NCBI GenBank assembly: GCA_913056105.1
Contig: CAJXMB010000001.1
Location: 1 to 57,324, forward strand
Direction: 5' to 3'
Length of the DNA stretch: 57,324 bases
From: an uncultured Nitratiruptor sp.
Lineage (GTDB): Bacteria; Campylobacterota; Campylobacteria; Campylobacterales; Nitratiruptoraceae
Shown here in pieces: positions 42,570-53,938 of the stretch. Position numbers and translations under genes: made by a program. The notes beneath the pieces were generated by a model. It saw only the letters and a list, made by a program, of their open reading frames with translations, did no database searches and was not told the origin of the DNA. Numbering within the stretch: the first letter of the stretch is position 1; each line of letters begins with the position of its first letter.

Positions 42570-43485
42570 TTAAAAACCAATTGCATATTTTACAGCATTG
42601 ATGTAGCTTTTTAGATTTAAGTTTTTATCTTTTTTATAAGCTATATCATAAGCTGTACCATGGTCTACTGAAGTTCTAAGAATTGGAAGATTTAGACTAA
42701 CATTTATACTATCTTCAAAATATAAAGCCTTTAGTGGAGCCAATCCTTGATCATGATACATTGCTACATAATATGTAAATTTTTCTCTCATATTTGGAAT
42801 AAAAGCGATATCTGGAACAACTGGTCCACAAAAAATATCTCTTTTTAATTTTTCATTTACACTTTTTATAGCTTTTTTAATCTTTTTTTCTTCATCTCCC
42901 AAAACTCCTTCGTCACCTGCATGTGGGTTTAGTCCTAAAACTGCAATCTTTAAAGGAGGGTTTTTAAAAGAGTTATAAAAATCTAAAAGAAATTTGGTTA
43001 TTTTTTTGGTTTTTATATTTTTTGGAACATCTTTTAATGGAATATGCTCTGTAAATAGTGCAACAAAAAGTTTTTCACATCCTAACATCATAATAGCATC
43101 TTTTTTGAAAAAGTCTCTTAAAGCTTCTGTGTGCCCTTTATATTTTATCCCTGCAATCTCCCAAGCTTTTTTATTGATTGGCAGAGTTACCATAGCATCA
43201 CAAATTCCACTTTTTGTAAAATCTACTGCCTTTTTAAAACTATCAAAACTATATTTTCCACTATCTTTATCAACAACTCCTGGTTTTATATCAAAATCAC
43301 CCTCAATATACTCAATCTCAAAATCTTTTGGAATTTTAATACCCAAAATATTCGCACCCTTTTGCAACATATCAAAATTTGTAAAATATAGAGGATTACA
43401 AAGCTTTTTTATTTGGTTATGAGCCCTTAAAGCAATCTCTAATCCTATTCCATTAATATCACCTATACTTATAGCAATATTTTTT

Positions 43486-43493
<8 letters not shown>
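42570..43493 (-). CDS. pdxA: 4-hydroxythreonine-4-phosphate dehydrogenase
   Basis: GDINGIG, GHTE, GLNPHAG, MYHDQGL, RTSVDHGTA. Confidence 0.96.
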
Positions 43494-45404
<1,911 letters not shown>

Positions 45405-45431
45405 CTATAATTTCATTAAAAAGTAAGAAAA

Positions 45432-46835
45432 ATGCAAAATATTTTAATTCTTGCTGATGGAATTGTAGCAAAACATTTTTTAGAAAGAGTTATTGAAAAT
45501 ATCGCTTCAAAAAATAACTATTTTGTTGTATATACTGATGCAGAGGTCTTGCCTGATAAAAAAACCGAAAATATAAAATATTACAGATTTGATCCAACAA
45601 GTTTTGTTAAGATATCTTATCTATTTAATGATAATTTTTCTCAAGTTTTGATTATATTAAAAAATAGAATCGATACAGTTGCCTCTTATGAAAATATTAG
45701 AAGAGTTGATAAAAATATAAATATTGTTATATTGGATAGATGGAATTTAAGATTAGATGATCAAAATGCAATTTTGCTAAATTCTAATGAAATTTTAGCA
45801 AATAGTCTTATTGACTATCTTCCAAATGTTCCAAAAATTGCTCAAAATATAGGTTTAGGGCTTGGTGAAATAATGGAGGTTTTAGTTCCATTTGGAAGTA
45901 GCTATGCTTATAGGCATATAGGTGTTATTGAGCAAAAAAACTGGAAAATTGTAGCTGTTTACAGAAAAAATAGACTTGTTCTGCCAACTCCAAAACTTAT
46001 GATATGGCCAAATGACCTTTTAGTTGTAGTTGGAGATCCAAAAGTTTTAAAAAATATTTATAGATCAATAAAAAGTGAGATAGGTCAATTTCCTATCCCT
46101 TATGGTCAAAACTCATATCTATTTATCGATATGAGTAGATTAAACGGTTTTGAAATAGAAAAAAGTTTAGAAGCTACTCTGTCTCTTCATAAAAGATTAA
46201 AAGATAAAAAATTAATAATTAGAGTTATTAATCCATCAAATATTAAGATACTAAGAAAGATTAAAGATTTAGATGGAAAAAATATTGAAGTTAAGATTGA
46301 TTATTTTGAAAATGGTTATAAAAATATTATTTTAAAAGATTCGAAACTTTGGCAAATAGGTTTATTGCTTTTATACAATAAAGAGTTTGAGAATATAGAA
46401 TTAAAAAAATTTCTTTATGAGTTAAAAATACCTATATTTTCTATCTCAAATGAATCTATAAATTCTATAAAAAGTTCTGCTATATTGCTTACAAAAGATA
46501 TAGATTTAGAACATATATCATCATCTATTTTTGATATATCAATTCAACTTAATTTAGATCTAATTCTTTATGATATTGATCCAGATTCCAATGATAAAAA
46601 GGATATTATAGAACATTTTGAAAATTTAGCTTCAATATTTTCTAAAAAAATAAGAGTTGTAAAATCAAAGAATAATCCAATTAGAGAGTTAAGAGAGAAA
46701 GAGAATATTTTACTCTTTTATCCATTTAATAAAAAGATATTAAAAAATAGAGTTTTTAGATTTTTAAGTACAGACTCTGAAGTTTTATACTTCAAATTAA
46801 ATAAATTTAACCAGGTTTTTATTCCTGTAGATTGA
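45432..46835 (+). CDS. COG3400 family TrkA-C domain protein
   Basis: ILILADGIVAKHFL, AQNIGLGLGEIMEV; Campylobacterota position between tgt and aroB. Confidence 0.8.
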   Translation: MQNILILADGIVAKHFLERVIENIASKNNYFVVYTDAEVLPDKKTENIKYYRFDPTSFVKISYLFNDNFSQVLIILKNRIDTVASYENIRRVDKNINIVILDRWNLRLDDQNAILLNSNEILANSLIDYLPNVPKIAQNIGLGLGEIMEVLVPFGSSYAYRHIGVIEQKNWKIVAVYRKNRLVLPTPKLMIWPNDLLVVVGDPKVLKNIYRSIKSEIGQFPIPYGQNSYLFIDMSRLNGFEIEKSLEATLSLHKRLKDKKLIIRVINPSNIKILRKIKDLDGKNIEVKIDYFENGYKNIILKDSKLWQIGLLLLYNKEFENIELKKFLYELKIPIFSISNESINSIKSSAILLTKDIDLEHISSSIFDISIQLNLDLILYDIDPDSNDKKDIIEHFENLASIFSKKIRVVKSKNNPIRELREKENILLFYPFNKKILKNRVFRFLSTDSEVLYFKLNKFNQVFIPVD

Positions 46836-46887
46836 GAGCGATAGAGGTGCTCTATAGTATAATAATAAAAATATTTTGGAGAAAAAT

Positions 46888-47928
46888 ATGGAAATTAATA
46901 TAGATTTAGGTAGCAGAAGTTATCCAATATTTATAGAAAAATTAAGAAAAATAGATTTAGATTCTAAAGTTGCCATTATTACAAACCCAAAAGTAGCAGG
47001 ACTTCACCTATCTTATCTTTTAAAAAATATTAGCGCAAAAGAGTTATACATAGTTACAGTTCCTGATGGAGAGGAGTATAAAAAAATTGAAACTATAAAT
47101 TTTATTTTAGATAGACTTTTTGATCATAAACTTGATAGAAAATCTACTCTTATTGCTTTTGGTGGTGGAGTAGTTGGAGATATGACTGGATTTGCGGCAA
47201 GTATATTTCAAAGAGGAGTAGATTTTATCCAAATTCCAACAACCTTGCTTAGTCAAGTAGATGCAAGTGTTGGTGGAAAAACTGGCATAAATAATAGATA
47301 TGGAAAAAATTTAGTAGGTAGCTTTTATCAACCAAAAGCTGTCTATATTGATACCTATTTTTTAAAAACTCTTCCAAAAAGAGAGTTTAGTGCTGGAGTT
47401 GCTGAAATTATTAAAATGGCTGTAACATTTGATAAAGATTTTTTTGAGTGGCTTGAAAAAAATAGTTTAGAAGATAAGAAAAATTTAGAGTATGCTATTA
47501 AAAGATCTATTGAGATTAAAGCAGATGTAGTAGCTAAAGATGAAAAAGAGTCTGGCTTAAGAGCAGCTCTAAATTATGGACATACATTTGCTCATGTTAT
47601 AGAAAACGAGACTAATTATAAAAGATTTTTGCACGGAGAAGCAGTTGCAATTGGCATTGTTATGGCAAATGAGTTAGCAATAAAACTTAAGCTTTTGAGT
47701 GAAGATAGTGCAAATAGAGTAAAAAAACTATTAAAAAGATACTCCCTTCCAACTTATTATCGTATAAAAGATATTAATGATTTTTATGAGCACTTCTTTT
47801 TGGATAAAAAGAGTCAAAATAGTAAAATTAAGTTTGTTTTGCCAAAAGAGATAGGCAGTGTTGTTATTAGAGATGATATAGATGAAAATATAGTTAAAGA
47901 AATATTAAAAAAATTTAATCAAGGTTGA
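46888..47928 (+). CDS. aroB: 3-dehydroquinate synthase
   Basis: GGGVVGD, QVDASVGGKTG, LNYGHTFAH, HGEAV; start at ATG46888 after GGAG. Confidence 0.96.
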   Translation: MEINIDLGSRSYPIFIEKLRKIDLDSKVAIITNPKVAGLHLSYLLKNISAKELYIVTVPDGEEYKKIETINFILDRLFDHKLDRKSTLIAFGGGVVGDMTGFAASIFQRGVDFIQIPTTLLSQVDASVGGKTGINNRYGKNLVGSFYQPKAVYIDTYFLKTLPKREFSAGVAEIIKMAVTFDKDFFEWLEKNSLEDKKNLEYAIKRSIEIKADVVAKDEKESGLRAALNYGHTFAHVIENETNYKRFLHGEAVAIGIVMANELAIKLKLLSEDSANRVKKLLKRYSLPTYYRIKDINDFYEHFFLDKKSQNSKIKFVLPKEIGSVVIRDDIDENIVKEILKKFNQG

Positions 47929-49514
47929 TTATGAGGATACTAATATCAATTGTAATTTTATTCTTTTTAGCTTATGCAGATAACAATATAACTAATAAAG
48001 ATTTAAACTCTTCTATAAATATTAACGAAATAAAAGATATTGATAGCAAGTTAAAAGAGTTAAATAAAGAGTTAAATAGTAATATCTGGATAATAAAATA
48101 TTCAAACTACAAAACATATCAAAAACTTAATAAAGAGTTACAAAGTATTGAAAAAAAGATAAAACTGTCCAAAAGATATAGAAGATATAGAAGATATAGA
48201 AAAAATTTAGAAAATTTAATTGAGCAAAAAAAGATATTAAAAGGTCAATTATCTTTGCTTAAAGATTTCAAAGAGTCTCCTTTTGATGAACTTTTACAAC
48301 CCCAACAAATTCCAAATCCACCTTCAGTTAAAAATCCAATAGCTATAGTTACTGCTTTTTCATATATTAAAAATATTACTTCTAAAAAGAAGTATTATAA
48401 AAATATGTTAAATGATATGAAAGATGTTTTAGAGTTGTTAAAAAATAAAAAAGAGCTACTGAGTAAAAAATATGAAATTTTAAAAAGTAAAGAGTTAAAA
48501 AAAGAGTTAAAAGAGCTTAACTCTATGATAGAAGATTTTAAAATTGCAATCCAGACAGGCGAAAAAACAATCGAAGTTTATAACAAAAGGGTGGATGAGG
48601 CTGTGTTTAAAGTTACCAAAGACATAAAAGCGCAAACTCAAAAAGCAATAACTGTATCTGGAATTATTTTCTTTTTATTTATCATAAGCTTTTTACTAAA
48701 ATTAGCTACAAGAAAATATATAAAAGATAGTGAAAGATTTTATATGGCTAATAAGGCCATAAATCTTACTTTTGCAACAATTGTTATATTAATTCTACTT
48801 TTTAGTTATATAGAAAATATCTCATATATTGTAACAATTTTAGGTTTTGCCTCTGCAGGTATTGCAATTGCCATGAAAGATATGTTTATGAGTATTTTAG
48901 GATGGATGGTTATTGTTTTTGGAGGCTCAATCCATGTTGGAGATAGGATAAAGGTAAAAAAGAATGGATTGGTTTATGTTGGTGATGTTGTAGATATCTC
49001 ACTTCTTAGAATGACAATTTTTGAAGATGTAACTCTTACTTCTTACAAAGAGAATATAAGGTCTGGTAGAGTAATCTTTGTACCAAATAATTATATTTTT
49101 ACCGATTTAATTGCAAACTATACCCATTCAGGTTTAAAAACAGTTTGGGATGGAATATATATAAATATCACATATGATTCAAATTACAAAAAGGCTGCAC
49201 GCATTGCAAAAGAGATTGCAAGAAAGTATTCTAAAGGATATACTGATATTGCAAGAAAACAACTAAACAAACTTAGAAGCTCATACCACTTAAAAAATAC
49301 AAATGTTGAACCAAGAGTCTTTGCTTTTACTGAAGATTATGGAATAAGAGTTACTGTTTGGTATATGACAAACTCTTATGCAACTTTGACATTAAGAAGT
49401 ACAATTTCAACTGAAATTCTTGATGCATACTTAAAAGAGGATGATATAAAATTGGCATACCCTACACAAACAATTTCGTTGACCAAAAATCAAAATCCGA
49501 TTATAAATAGTTAA
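47925..49514 (+). CDS. MscS-family mechanosensitive channel with periplasmic coiled coil
   Basis: LGFASAGIAIAMKD, IHVGDRI, VPNN. Confidence 0.88.
   Translation: MIMRILISIVILFFLAYADNNITNKDLNSSININEIKDIDSKLKELNKELNSNIWIIKYSNYKTYQKLNKELQSIEKKIKLSKRYRRYRRYRKNLENLIEQKKILKGQLSLLKDFKESPFDELLQPQQIPNPPSVKNPIAIVTAFSYIKNITSKKKYYKNMLNDMKDVLELLKNKKELLSKKYEILKSKELKKELKELNSMIEDFKIAIQTGEKTIEVYNKRVDEAVFKVTKDIKAQTQKAITVSGIIFFLFIISFLLKLATRKYIKDSERFYMANKAINLTFATIVILILLFSYIENISYIVTILGFASAGIAIAMKDMFMSILGWMVIVFGGSIHVGDRIKVKKNGLVYVGDVVDISLLRMTIFEDVTLTSYKENIRSGRVIFVPNNYIFTDLIANYTHSGLKTVWDGIYINITYDSNYKKAARIAKEIARKYSKGYTDIARKQLNKLRSSYHLKNTNVEPRVFAFTEDYGIRVTVWYMTNSYATLTLRSTISTEILDAYLKEDDIKLAYPTQTISLTKNQNPIINS
48174..48200 (+). 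repeat. In-frame 9-bp tandem repeat (AGATATAGA)x3
   Basis: Three perfect copies encoding RYR RYR RYR. Confidence 0.8.
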
Positions 49515-49525
49515 AAGGGCAGGGA

Positions 49526-50794
49526 TTGAAAAAAGTATATTTTAAAACTTTTGGATGTAGAACCAATATGTTTGATACACAGATTATGATTTCAAAATTG
49601 AATGATTTCATACTTACTCAAGATGAAAAAGATGCAGATATTATAGTAGTCAACTCTTGTACTGTGACAAACTCTGCTGATGGTGGAGTTAGAAACTATA
49701 TAAATAAAATTCATAAATCCTCAAAAGCAAAAGTCTATCTAACAGGTTGTGGAGCTTATACTCAAGGAGAGAAACTTTTAAAAGATAAGAAAGTTTTGGG
49801 TGTCTTTGGGCACTCAAAAAAGAGTGAAATCTCTAATCTTTTAAAGAGAGAAAACTTTTTTGAGATAGGAGATTTAAACCATTTAGATAGCGAGATAGTG
49901 GAAAATTTTGTAGGTAAGAGTAGGGCATTTATAAAGATTCAAGAAGGGTGTGATTTTAGATGTAGCTATTGCATCATTCCATATGTTAGAGGAGATGCAA
50001 GAAGCCACGATGAAGAGCTTATCTTAAAACAGATAAAAACATTAGCTTCTAATGGATTTGGAGAGTTTATACTAACAGGAACAAATGTTGGAAGTTACGG
50101 TTCCCGAGTGCGAAGCGTATCGAGGGACGGAAAGGACAAAAATAGCTCATTAGCAAAACTTTTAAAGAAAATCTCTCTTATTAGAGGTGTTAAAAGAGTT
50201 AGAATCGGTTCAATTGAGCCAATCCAGATAGATGATGAGTTTTTAGAACTTTTAAATGAGAGCTGGATGGCAAAACATCTACATATTGCTTTGCAATACA
50301 CTGATGATAGAATGCTTAAAATCATGAATAGAAGAAATAGGGTTAAGAGTGATTTAGAGCTTTTTGAAAAGATTGCATCATATGGATATGCATTAGGAAC
50401 CGATTTTATAGTAGGTCATCCTGGAGAGAGCCAAGATATTTTTGAAAGTGCACTAAATAATTTAAAAAAATTTCCACTAACCCATATACATCTTTTTACC
50501 TATAGCAAAAGAGATGGCACACCTTCTGCTAAAATGAGAGATGAAGTAAGAGGAGATATAGCCAAAGAGAGACAAAAGATTATAAAATCAATTGTTGAAG
50601 AGAAAAATTATAAATTTAGACAAAAGAAAAAACCTTTGATAGTTTTGGTTGAGAATAGAAAAGATAATTTTTTTGTAGGGTTTGATCAATTTTATAATAA
50701 AATCTATATAAAAAGTGATTTGGATTTAAGTGGAAGTTGGATAGAGATAAAAGATTATGAAGTTAAAAAGAAGGCAAATTATGCATATCTCTAA
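49526..50794 (+). CDS. mtaB: tRNA t6A37 methylthiotransferase (radical SAM)
   Basis: TFGCRTN, NSCTVT, QEGCDFRCSYC; contains a 10-aa repeat-derived insertion. Confidence 0.93.
   Translation: MKKVYFKTFGCRTNMFDTQIMISKLNDFILTQDEKDADIIVVNSCTVTNSADGGVRNYINKIHKSSKAKVYLTGCGAYTQGEKLLKDKKVLGVFGHSKKSEISNLLKRENFFEIGDLNHLDSEIVENFVGKSRAFIKIQEGCDFRCSYCIIPYVRGDARSHDEELILKQIKTLASNGFGEFILTGTNVGSYGSRVRSVSRDGKDKNSSLAKLLKKISLIRGVKRVRIGSIEPIQIDDEFLELLNESWMAKHLHIALQYTDDRMLKIMNRRNRVKSDLELFEKIASYGYALGTDFIVGHPGESQDIFESALNNLKKFPLTHIHLFTYSKRDGTPSAKMRDEVRGDIAKERQKIIKSIVEEKNYKFRQKKKPLIVLVENRKDNFFVGFDQFYNKIYIKSDLDLSGSWIEIKDYEVKKKANYAYL
50098..50127 (+). repeat. 30-bp hairpin element, copy 1 (in-frame inside mtaB)
   Basis: CGGTTCCCGAGTGCGAAGCGTATCGAGGGA, read as [10 protein letters not shown]. 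Confidence 0.92.
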
Positions 50795-52487
50795 AAAAAA
50801 CAAGATTTTAATCTTAATTTCAGCTATTTTAATATCAATCATTTTAATTTTTGTATTTTTAAGAGATAGATCAGAATTGATTGATTATTCAACATATCAA
50901 ACACTACTTAAAAATGACCTAATTGATAGTGCTGCACTTGGAGAAAAATTTATATATATAACAAGCTCAAATCATCAATATAAAATTCCAAAAGATGTAG
51001 TTGATCTATCAAATCTATATAAAAAAGTTCCAGTAAGAGTAAAAGAGGATTTTAGTTATCTATATGATATGTTTCTACTTGTAGTTGCAGCTCTCTTTTT
51101 TGGATATTTGATATTTCTAACAAGAAAAAAAGAGCAAACTTTCCCTCGATACGCTTCGCACTCGGGAACCATAGTAAAACATCAAATAAATATAGCTCAA
51201 CCAGAGATTGATAATTTTGCTTCAAATATAAAACCTATGATTTCAGATGTTAGATTTAAAGATGTTGCTGGGATTGACGAAGTAAAAGAGGAGCTTCAAG
51301 AGATAATTGAGTTTTTAAAAAATCCTAAAAAGTTTATAGATTTTGGTGTAAGAATGCCAAAAGGAGTTCTTTTAGTTGGACCTCCTGGCGTTGGAAAAAC
51401 TATGATAGCAAAAGCGGTCGCAGGGGAGGCTAATGTTCCATTTTTTTACCAAAGCGGAAGCGCTTTTGTTCAGATATATGTAGGGATGGGTGCAAAAAGG
51501 GTTAGAGAGTTATTTGCAAAAGCTAAACAGATGGCTCCATCTATAATTTTTATTGATGAGATTGATGCAGTTGGAAAAGCAAGAGGAGCTGTTAGAAATG
51601 ATGAAAGAGAAGCTACTTTAAATCAGCTATTAACAGAGATGGACGGATTTGAAGATTCAAGTGGTGTTATAGTTATAGGAGCTACAAATAAAATTGAGAT
51701 GCTTGATGAAGCGCTACTTAGACCAGGAAGATTTGATAGAAGAGTTTTTGTATCTCTGCCAAATGCAAAAGAGAGAGCTAAAATTTTAGAAATCTATTTA
51801 AACAAGATTCCACACTTTGTTGATATTGAAAAGTTATCAAAAATGTGTGTTGGATTTAGTGGTGCAGCTTTGGCAAGTTTAGTAAATGAAGCGGCCTTAA
51901 ATGCTTTAAGAAAAGGTAAAAAGATTGTTGAGTTTGAGGATTTTGAAAGTGTCAAAGATAAAGTTTTATATGGAAAAAGAAAACTGTTAACATTTAGCGA
52001 AAAAGAGAAAGAGATTCAAGCGACCTATCAAGCAGCAAAAATTCTTTGTGCATACTGGTATGATATTGATTTTGATAGAGTCAATTTAATGGGTGGAGGC
52101 TTTAAAGATATAGATAGATGGTTCCCGAGTGCGAAGCATATCGAGGGAGAGATTATTTCAAAAAATGATTTTTTAGCAAAAATTAAACTATTTTTAGCTG
52201 GATTTGTTGCGATGAAAATCTTTTATAATGAGGAGTTTTCAAATAGTGCAGAGGATTTACAAAGAGCTAAAATATTAGCTAAAGATTTGGTTGAAAGATA
52301 TGCTATGGGAGAAAAGATTATTGGAAATATAAATGATGCTATCTTAATTTTAGAAAAAGAGTTAAAAGAAGTGGAAAATTTCATAGCTTCTCAAAGAAAA
52401 AGAATCTTAAAAATAAAAGATATTTTAATCCAAAATGAGATGGTTACATATGAGGATGTAAAAAGAGTTGTAGATGAAGTTTTATAG
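50781..52487 (+). CDS. FtsH-like membrane AAA ATPase with degenerate protease domain
   Basis: [25 protein letters not shown]; HEXXH position reads TYQAAK; start probably ATG50781. Confidence 0.88.
   Translation: MHISKKNKILILISAILISIILIFVFLRDRSELIDYSTYQTLLKNDLIDSAALGEKFIYITSSNHQYKIPKDVVDLSNLYKKVPVRVKEDFSYLYDMFLLVVAALFFGYLIFLTRKKEQTFPRYASHSGTIVKHQINIAQPEIDNFASNIKPMISDVRFKDVAGIDEVKEELQEIIEFLKNPKKFIDFGVRMPKGVLLVGPPGVGKTMIAKAVAGEANVPFFYQSGSAFVQIYVGMGAKRVRELFAKAKQMAPSIIFIDEIDAVGKARGAVRNDEREATLNQLLTEMDGFEDSSGVIVIGATNKIEMLDEALLRPGRFDRRVFVSLPNAKERAKILEIYLNKIPHFVDIEKLSKMCVGFSGAALASLVNEAALNALRKGKKIVEFEDFESVKDKVLYGKRKLLTFSEKEKEIQATYQAAKILCAYWYDIDFDRVNLMGGGFKDIDRWFPSAKHIEGEIISKNDFLAKIKLFLAGFVAMKIFYNEEFSNSAEDLQRAKILAKDLVERYAMGEKIIGNINDAILILEKELKEVENFIASQRKRILKIKDILIQNEMVTYEDVKRVVDEVL
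51142..51171 (-). repeat. 30-bp hairpin element, copy 2 (inverted, in-frame inside ftsH-like gene)
   Basis: TCCCTCGATACGCTTCGCACTCGGGAACCA, read as [10 protein letters not shown]. Confidence 0.92.
52119..52148 (+). repeat. 30-bp hairpin element, copy 3 (in-frame inside ftsH-like gene)
   Basis: TGGTTCCCGAGTGCGAAGCATATCGAGGGA, read as [10 protein letters not shown]. Confidence 0.92.
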
Positions 52488-52986
52488 TGGATTTGGATTT
52501 AAAAATGAAAAAGATTTATTTAAGGATATTTTGCCAAAAAATGGTTTTTTTGTAGCAGGATTTAGTAAAGGCTCAATTGAGGCTTTTGAGTATGTTAAAA
52601 ATAGTAAAAAAAGAGTTGACAAACTAATTTTAATATCTCCAGCCTTTTTTCAAAAAAAAGATGAAAAGTTTAAAAGATTACAACTTCTATCATTCAAAAA
52701 AGATTTTAAAAAGTATATGTTAAATTTTTATAAAAATGTTTTATATCCATCAAAAATTGATATTAAAGAATATCAAACTGATGGAGATTTTAATCAATTA
52801 GAAAAACTTCTATATTACAAATGGTCAAAAGATAGCTTAAAAGAGATTAGAAGTAGGGGAGTTGATATAGAGGTATATTTGGGAGAGAAAGATAAAATTA
52901 TAAATCCAATTGAAGCATATGATTTTTTTAAAAGTTTTGCAACTGTATACTATATAAAAAATGTTGGTCATATATTAAGGGGATAA
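52474..52986 (+). CDS. bioV: Pimeloyl-ACP methyl ester esterase BioV family
   Basis: GFSKG nucleophile elbow, LISPAFF, D..I, terminal GHIL; follows mtaB-ftsH-like as in Helicobacter. Confidence 0.8.
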   Translation: MKFYSGFGFKNEKDLFKDILPKNGFFVAGFSKGSIEAFEYVKNSKKRVDKLILISPAFFQKKDEKFKRLQLLSFKKDFKKYMLNFYKNVLYPSKIDIKEYQTDGDFNQLEKLLYYKWSKDSLKEIRSRGVDIEVYLGEKDKIINPIEAYDFFKSFATVYYIKNVGHILRG

Positions 52987-52987
52987 A

Positions 52988-53518
52988 ATGGATAAGATAA
53001 AAATTGGAGTAGTAACCGCAAGCGATAGAGCAAGTGCAGGAATTTATGAAGATATTAGTGGAAAAGCTATAATGGACAGTATGAAAGAGTATCTAAAAAA
53101 TGATTTTGAGATTGTTTATAGATGTATTCCAGATGAACAAAAAGAGATTGAAAAAACTTTAATAGAGCTATGCGATAAAGAAAATTGTGCTTTGGTTGTA
53201 ACTACAGGAGGAACAGGTCCAGCTAAAAGAGATGTAACACCTGAGGCAACTGAAGCTGTTTGTGAAAAGATTTTGCCAGGATTTGGAGAGTTGATGAGAC
53301 AGGTTAGTTTAAAATATGTTCCAACAGCAATTCTATCTAGGCAAACTGCTGGAGTTAGAGGAAATTCACTCATTATAAATCTTCCTGGAAAGCCAAAATC
53401 TATAAGAGAGTGTTTGGATGCAGTATTTCCCGCTGTCCCATACTGTATAGATTTGATAGGTGGTCCTTTTATAGAGACTAATGAAGATATAATAAAAGCT
53501 TTTAGACCAAAGAAGTAA
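52988..53518 (+). CDS. mog: Molybdopterin adenylyltransferase
   Basis: SDRAS.GIYED.SG, TTGGTGPAKRDVTPEA, NLPGKPKSI. Confidence 0.95.
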   Translation: MDKIKIGVVTASDRASAGIYEDISGKAIMDSMKEYLKNDFEIVYRCIPDEQKEIEKTLIELCDKENCALVVTTGGTGPAKRDVTPEATEAVCEKILPGFGELMRQVSLKYVPTAILSRQTAGVRGNSLIINLPGKPKSIRECLDAVFPAVPYCIDLIGGPFIETNEDIIKAFRPKK

Positions 53519-53520
53519 GA

Positions 53521-53715
53521 ATGGATAAAAAATTTAGAGAGTGCGTAGAGAGTTATATAAAAGAGCTTGAAAAAGAGTTTATGAAGATTTTAGAAAATCC
53601 AAAGATGGATAAAAAAGCAAAAAATTTAGCAACAAAACCTTTGGCTACAAAAAAGAAAATCTTACTAAACACCTTAGACGCTTTAGAACTTATTGAAAAA
53701 GAGAGTAAGAAATGA
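53521..53715 (+). CDS. Small hypothetical protein
   Basis: 64-aa ORF directly after mog, same strand. Confidence 0.6.
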   Translation: MDKKFRECVESYIKELEKEFMKILENPKMDKKAKNLATKPLATKKKILLNTLDALELIEKESKK

Positions 53716-53879
53716 AAAATGTTCATAAAAAGCATATTCCAATGTATATTTTAATAATATTTTTAATTGGATCTATAATTTTTCTATTTGTAGCACCTAT
53801 CTTTATTATAGATAAAATTCAAAAAGATAGCAAAAAACCTAAAAATCAAAGGGAGTTAATATATAAAAACGGTCATTAA
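53712..53879 (+). CDS. Small single-pass membrane protein, 55 aa (missing from ORF track)
   Basis: ATGA overlap with the previous stop; MKNVHKKHIPMYILIIFLIGSIIFLFVAPIFIIDKIQKDSKKPKNQRELIYKNGH. Confidence 0.55.
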   Translation: MKNVHKKHIPMYILIIFLIGSIIFLFVAPIFIIDKIQKDSKKPKNQRELIYKNGH

Positions 53880-53938
53880 ATAAATAATGATTTAAATCCC
53901 TCTAACAGAGATTATTAATATTATAATTTTTTCTATTT

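Noticed and set aside
50094-50131. ACGG target-site duplication around element copy 1
   Set aside because: The bases overlap the element's own ends, and copies 2 and 3 show no equivalent duplication, so no TSD is claimed.
50098-52148. 30-bp repeats as a CRISPR array
   Set aside because: Copies are about 1 kb apart, in mixed orientation and inside ORFs; there are no spacers and no cas genes.
53880-53938. dif or att site at the island edge
   Set aside because: AT-rich spacer with no recognisable difH match or tRNA end.
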